A stretch of 42,294 nucleotides of DNA from a virus (Duplodnaviria; Heunggongvirae; Uroviricota; Caudoviricetes). Positions 42,203 to 42,294 of the stretch are shown here, piece by piece. Numbering within the stretch: position 1 is the first letter of the stretch; each line of letters starts with the position of its first letter. Location of the stretch: IMG/VR virus record IMGVR_UViG_3300003310_000099, positions 1-42,294 of that record. One strand, given 5' to 3'. A program made the position numbers and the translations under genes. Under the pieces are notes generated by a model that was given only the letters and a program-made list of their open reading frames with translations, had not been told where the DNA came from and ran no database searches.

Positions 42203-42294
42203 CTTTAGAAGTGAACTGCTCTTGTTGAGCATAAACAAGGTTTAAAAAATGAACACTATCATCGTGAAACGCTGGTTCGGTATTGAAGCTGTCA

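Noticed and set aside
1-42294. Stop-codon reassignment
   Set aside because: Recognisable genes are full length under code 11 and end at TAA, TGA or TAG with tight operon overlaps; no clear suppressor tRNA.

Overview
AT-rich, gene-dense segment that is most likely from a large (jumbo-type) tailed dsDNA phage. This is inferred from PhoH, dUTPase, a short sigma factor, DnaJ/GroES, thioredoxin, ribosome recycling factor, a tail-tube-like ORF, an HNH-AP2 endonuclease, tRNAs and many short orphan ORFs; no capsid or terminase gene lies in the window. The standout is a ~4.3 kb RNA locus (24.4-28.7 kb) directly upstream of a Ro60-like TROVE+vWA gene (28866-30368). It holds 17 copies of a structured module: helix P1 = 5'-GTC(T/C)CC paired with ACTT(A/G)GAC-3', helix P2, and a single-stranded (C/T)TTACAAAC. 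The module resembles the Ro60-binding stem of Y RNAs and occurs in two circular permutations. It carries different cargo: nothing, an intact tRNA-Trp, a circularly permuted tRNA-Lys, degenerate tRNAs or a ~280-nt structured RNA; in other copies it is itself inserted into a tRNA. An 18th partial copy abuts the ribosome-binding site of the TROVE gene. The window also encodes a small Gly-terminated ubiquitin-like candidate inside the array, a JAB/JAMM protease and a ThiF/E1-like enzyme. Together these suggest a phage-borne Ro60/Y-RNA/tRNA-chimera system that may be coupled to Ubl conjugation. A second pattern links a TAAATA-N4-5-start (leaderless, T4-late-like) promoter to proteins with T4 capsid-targeting-like N-termini. 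All assignments are by eye from sequence motifs; no database search or folding program was run.
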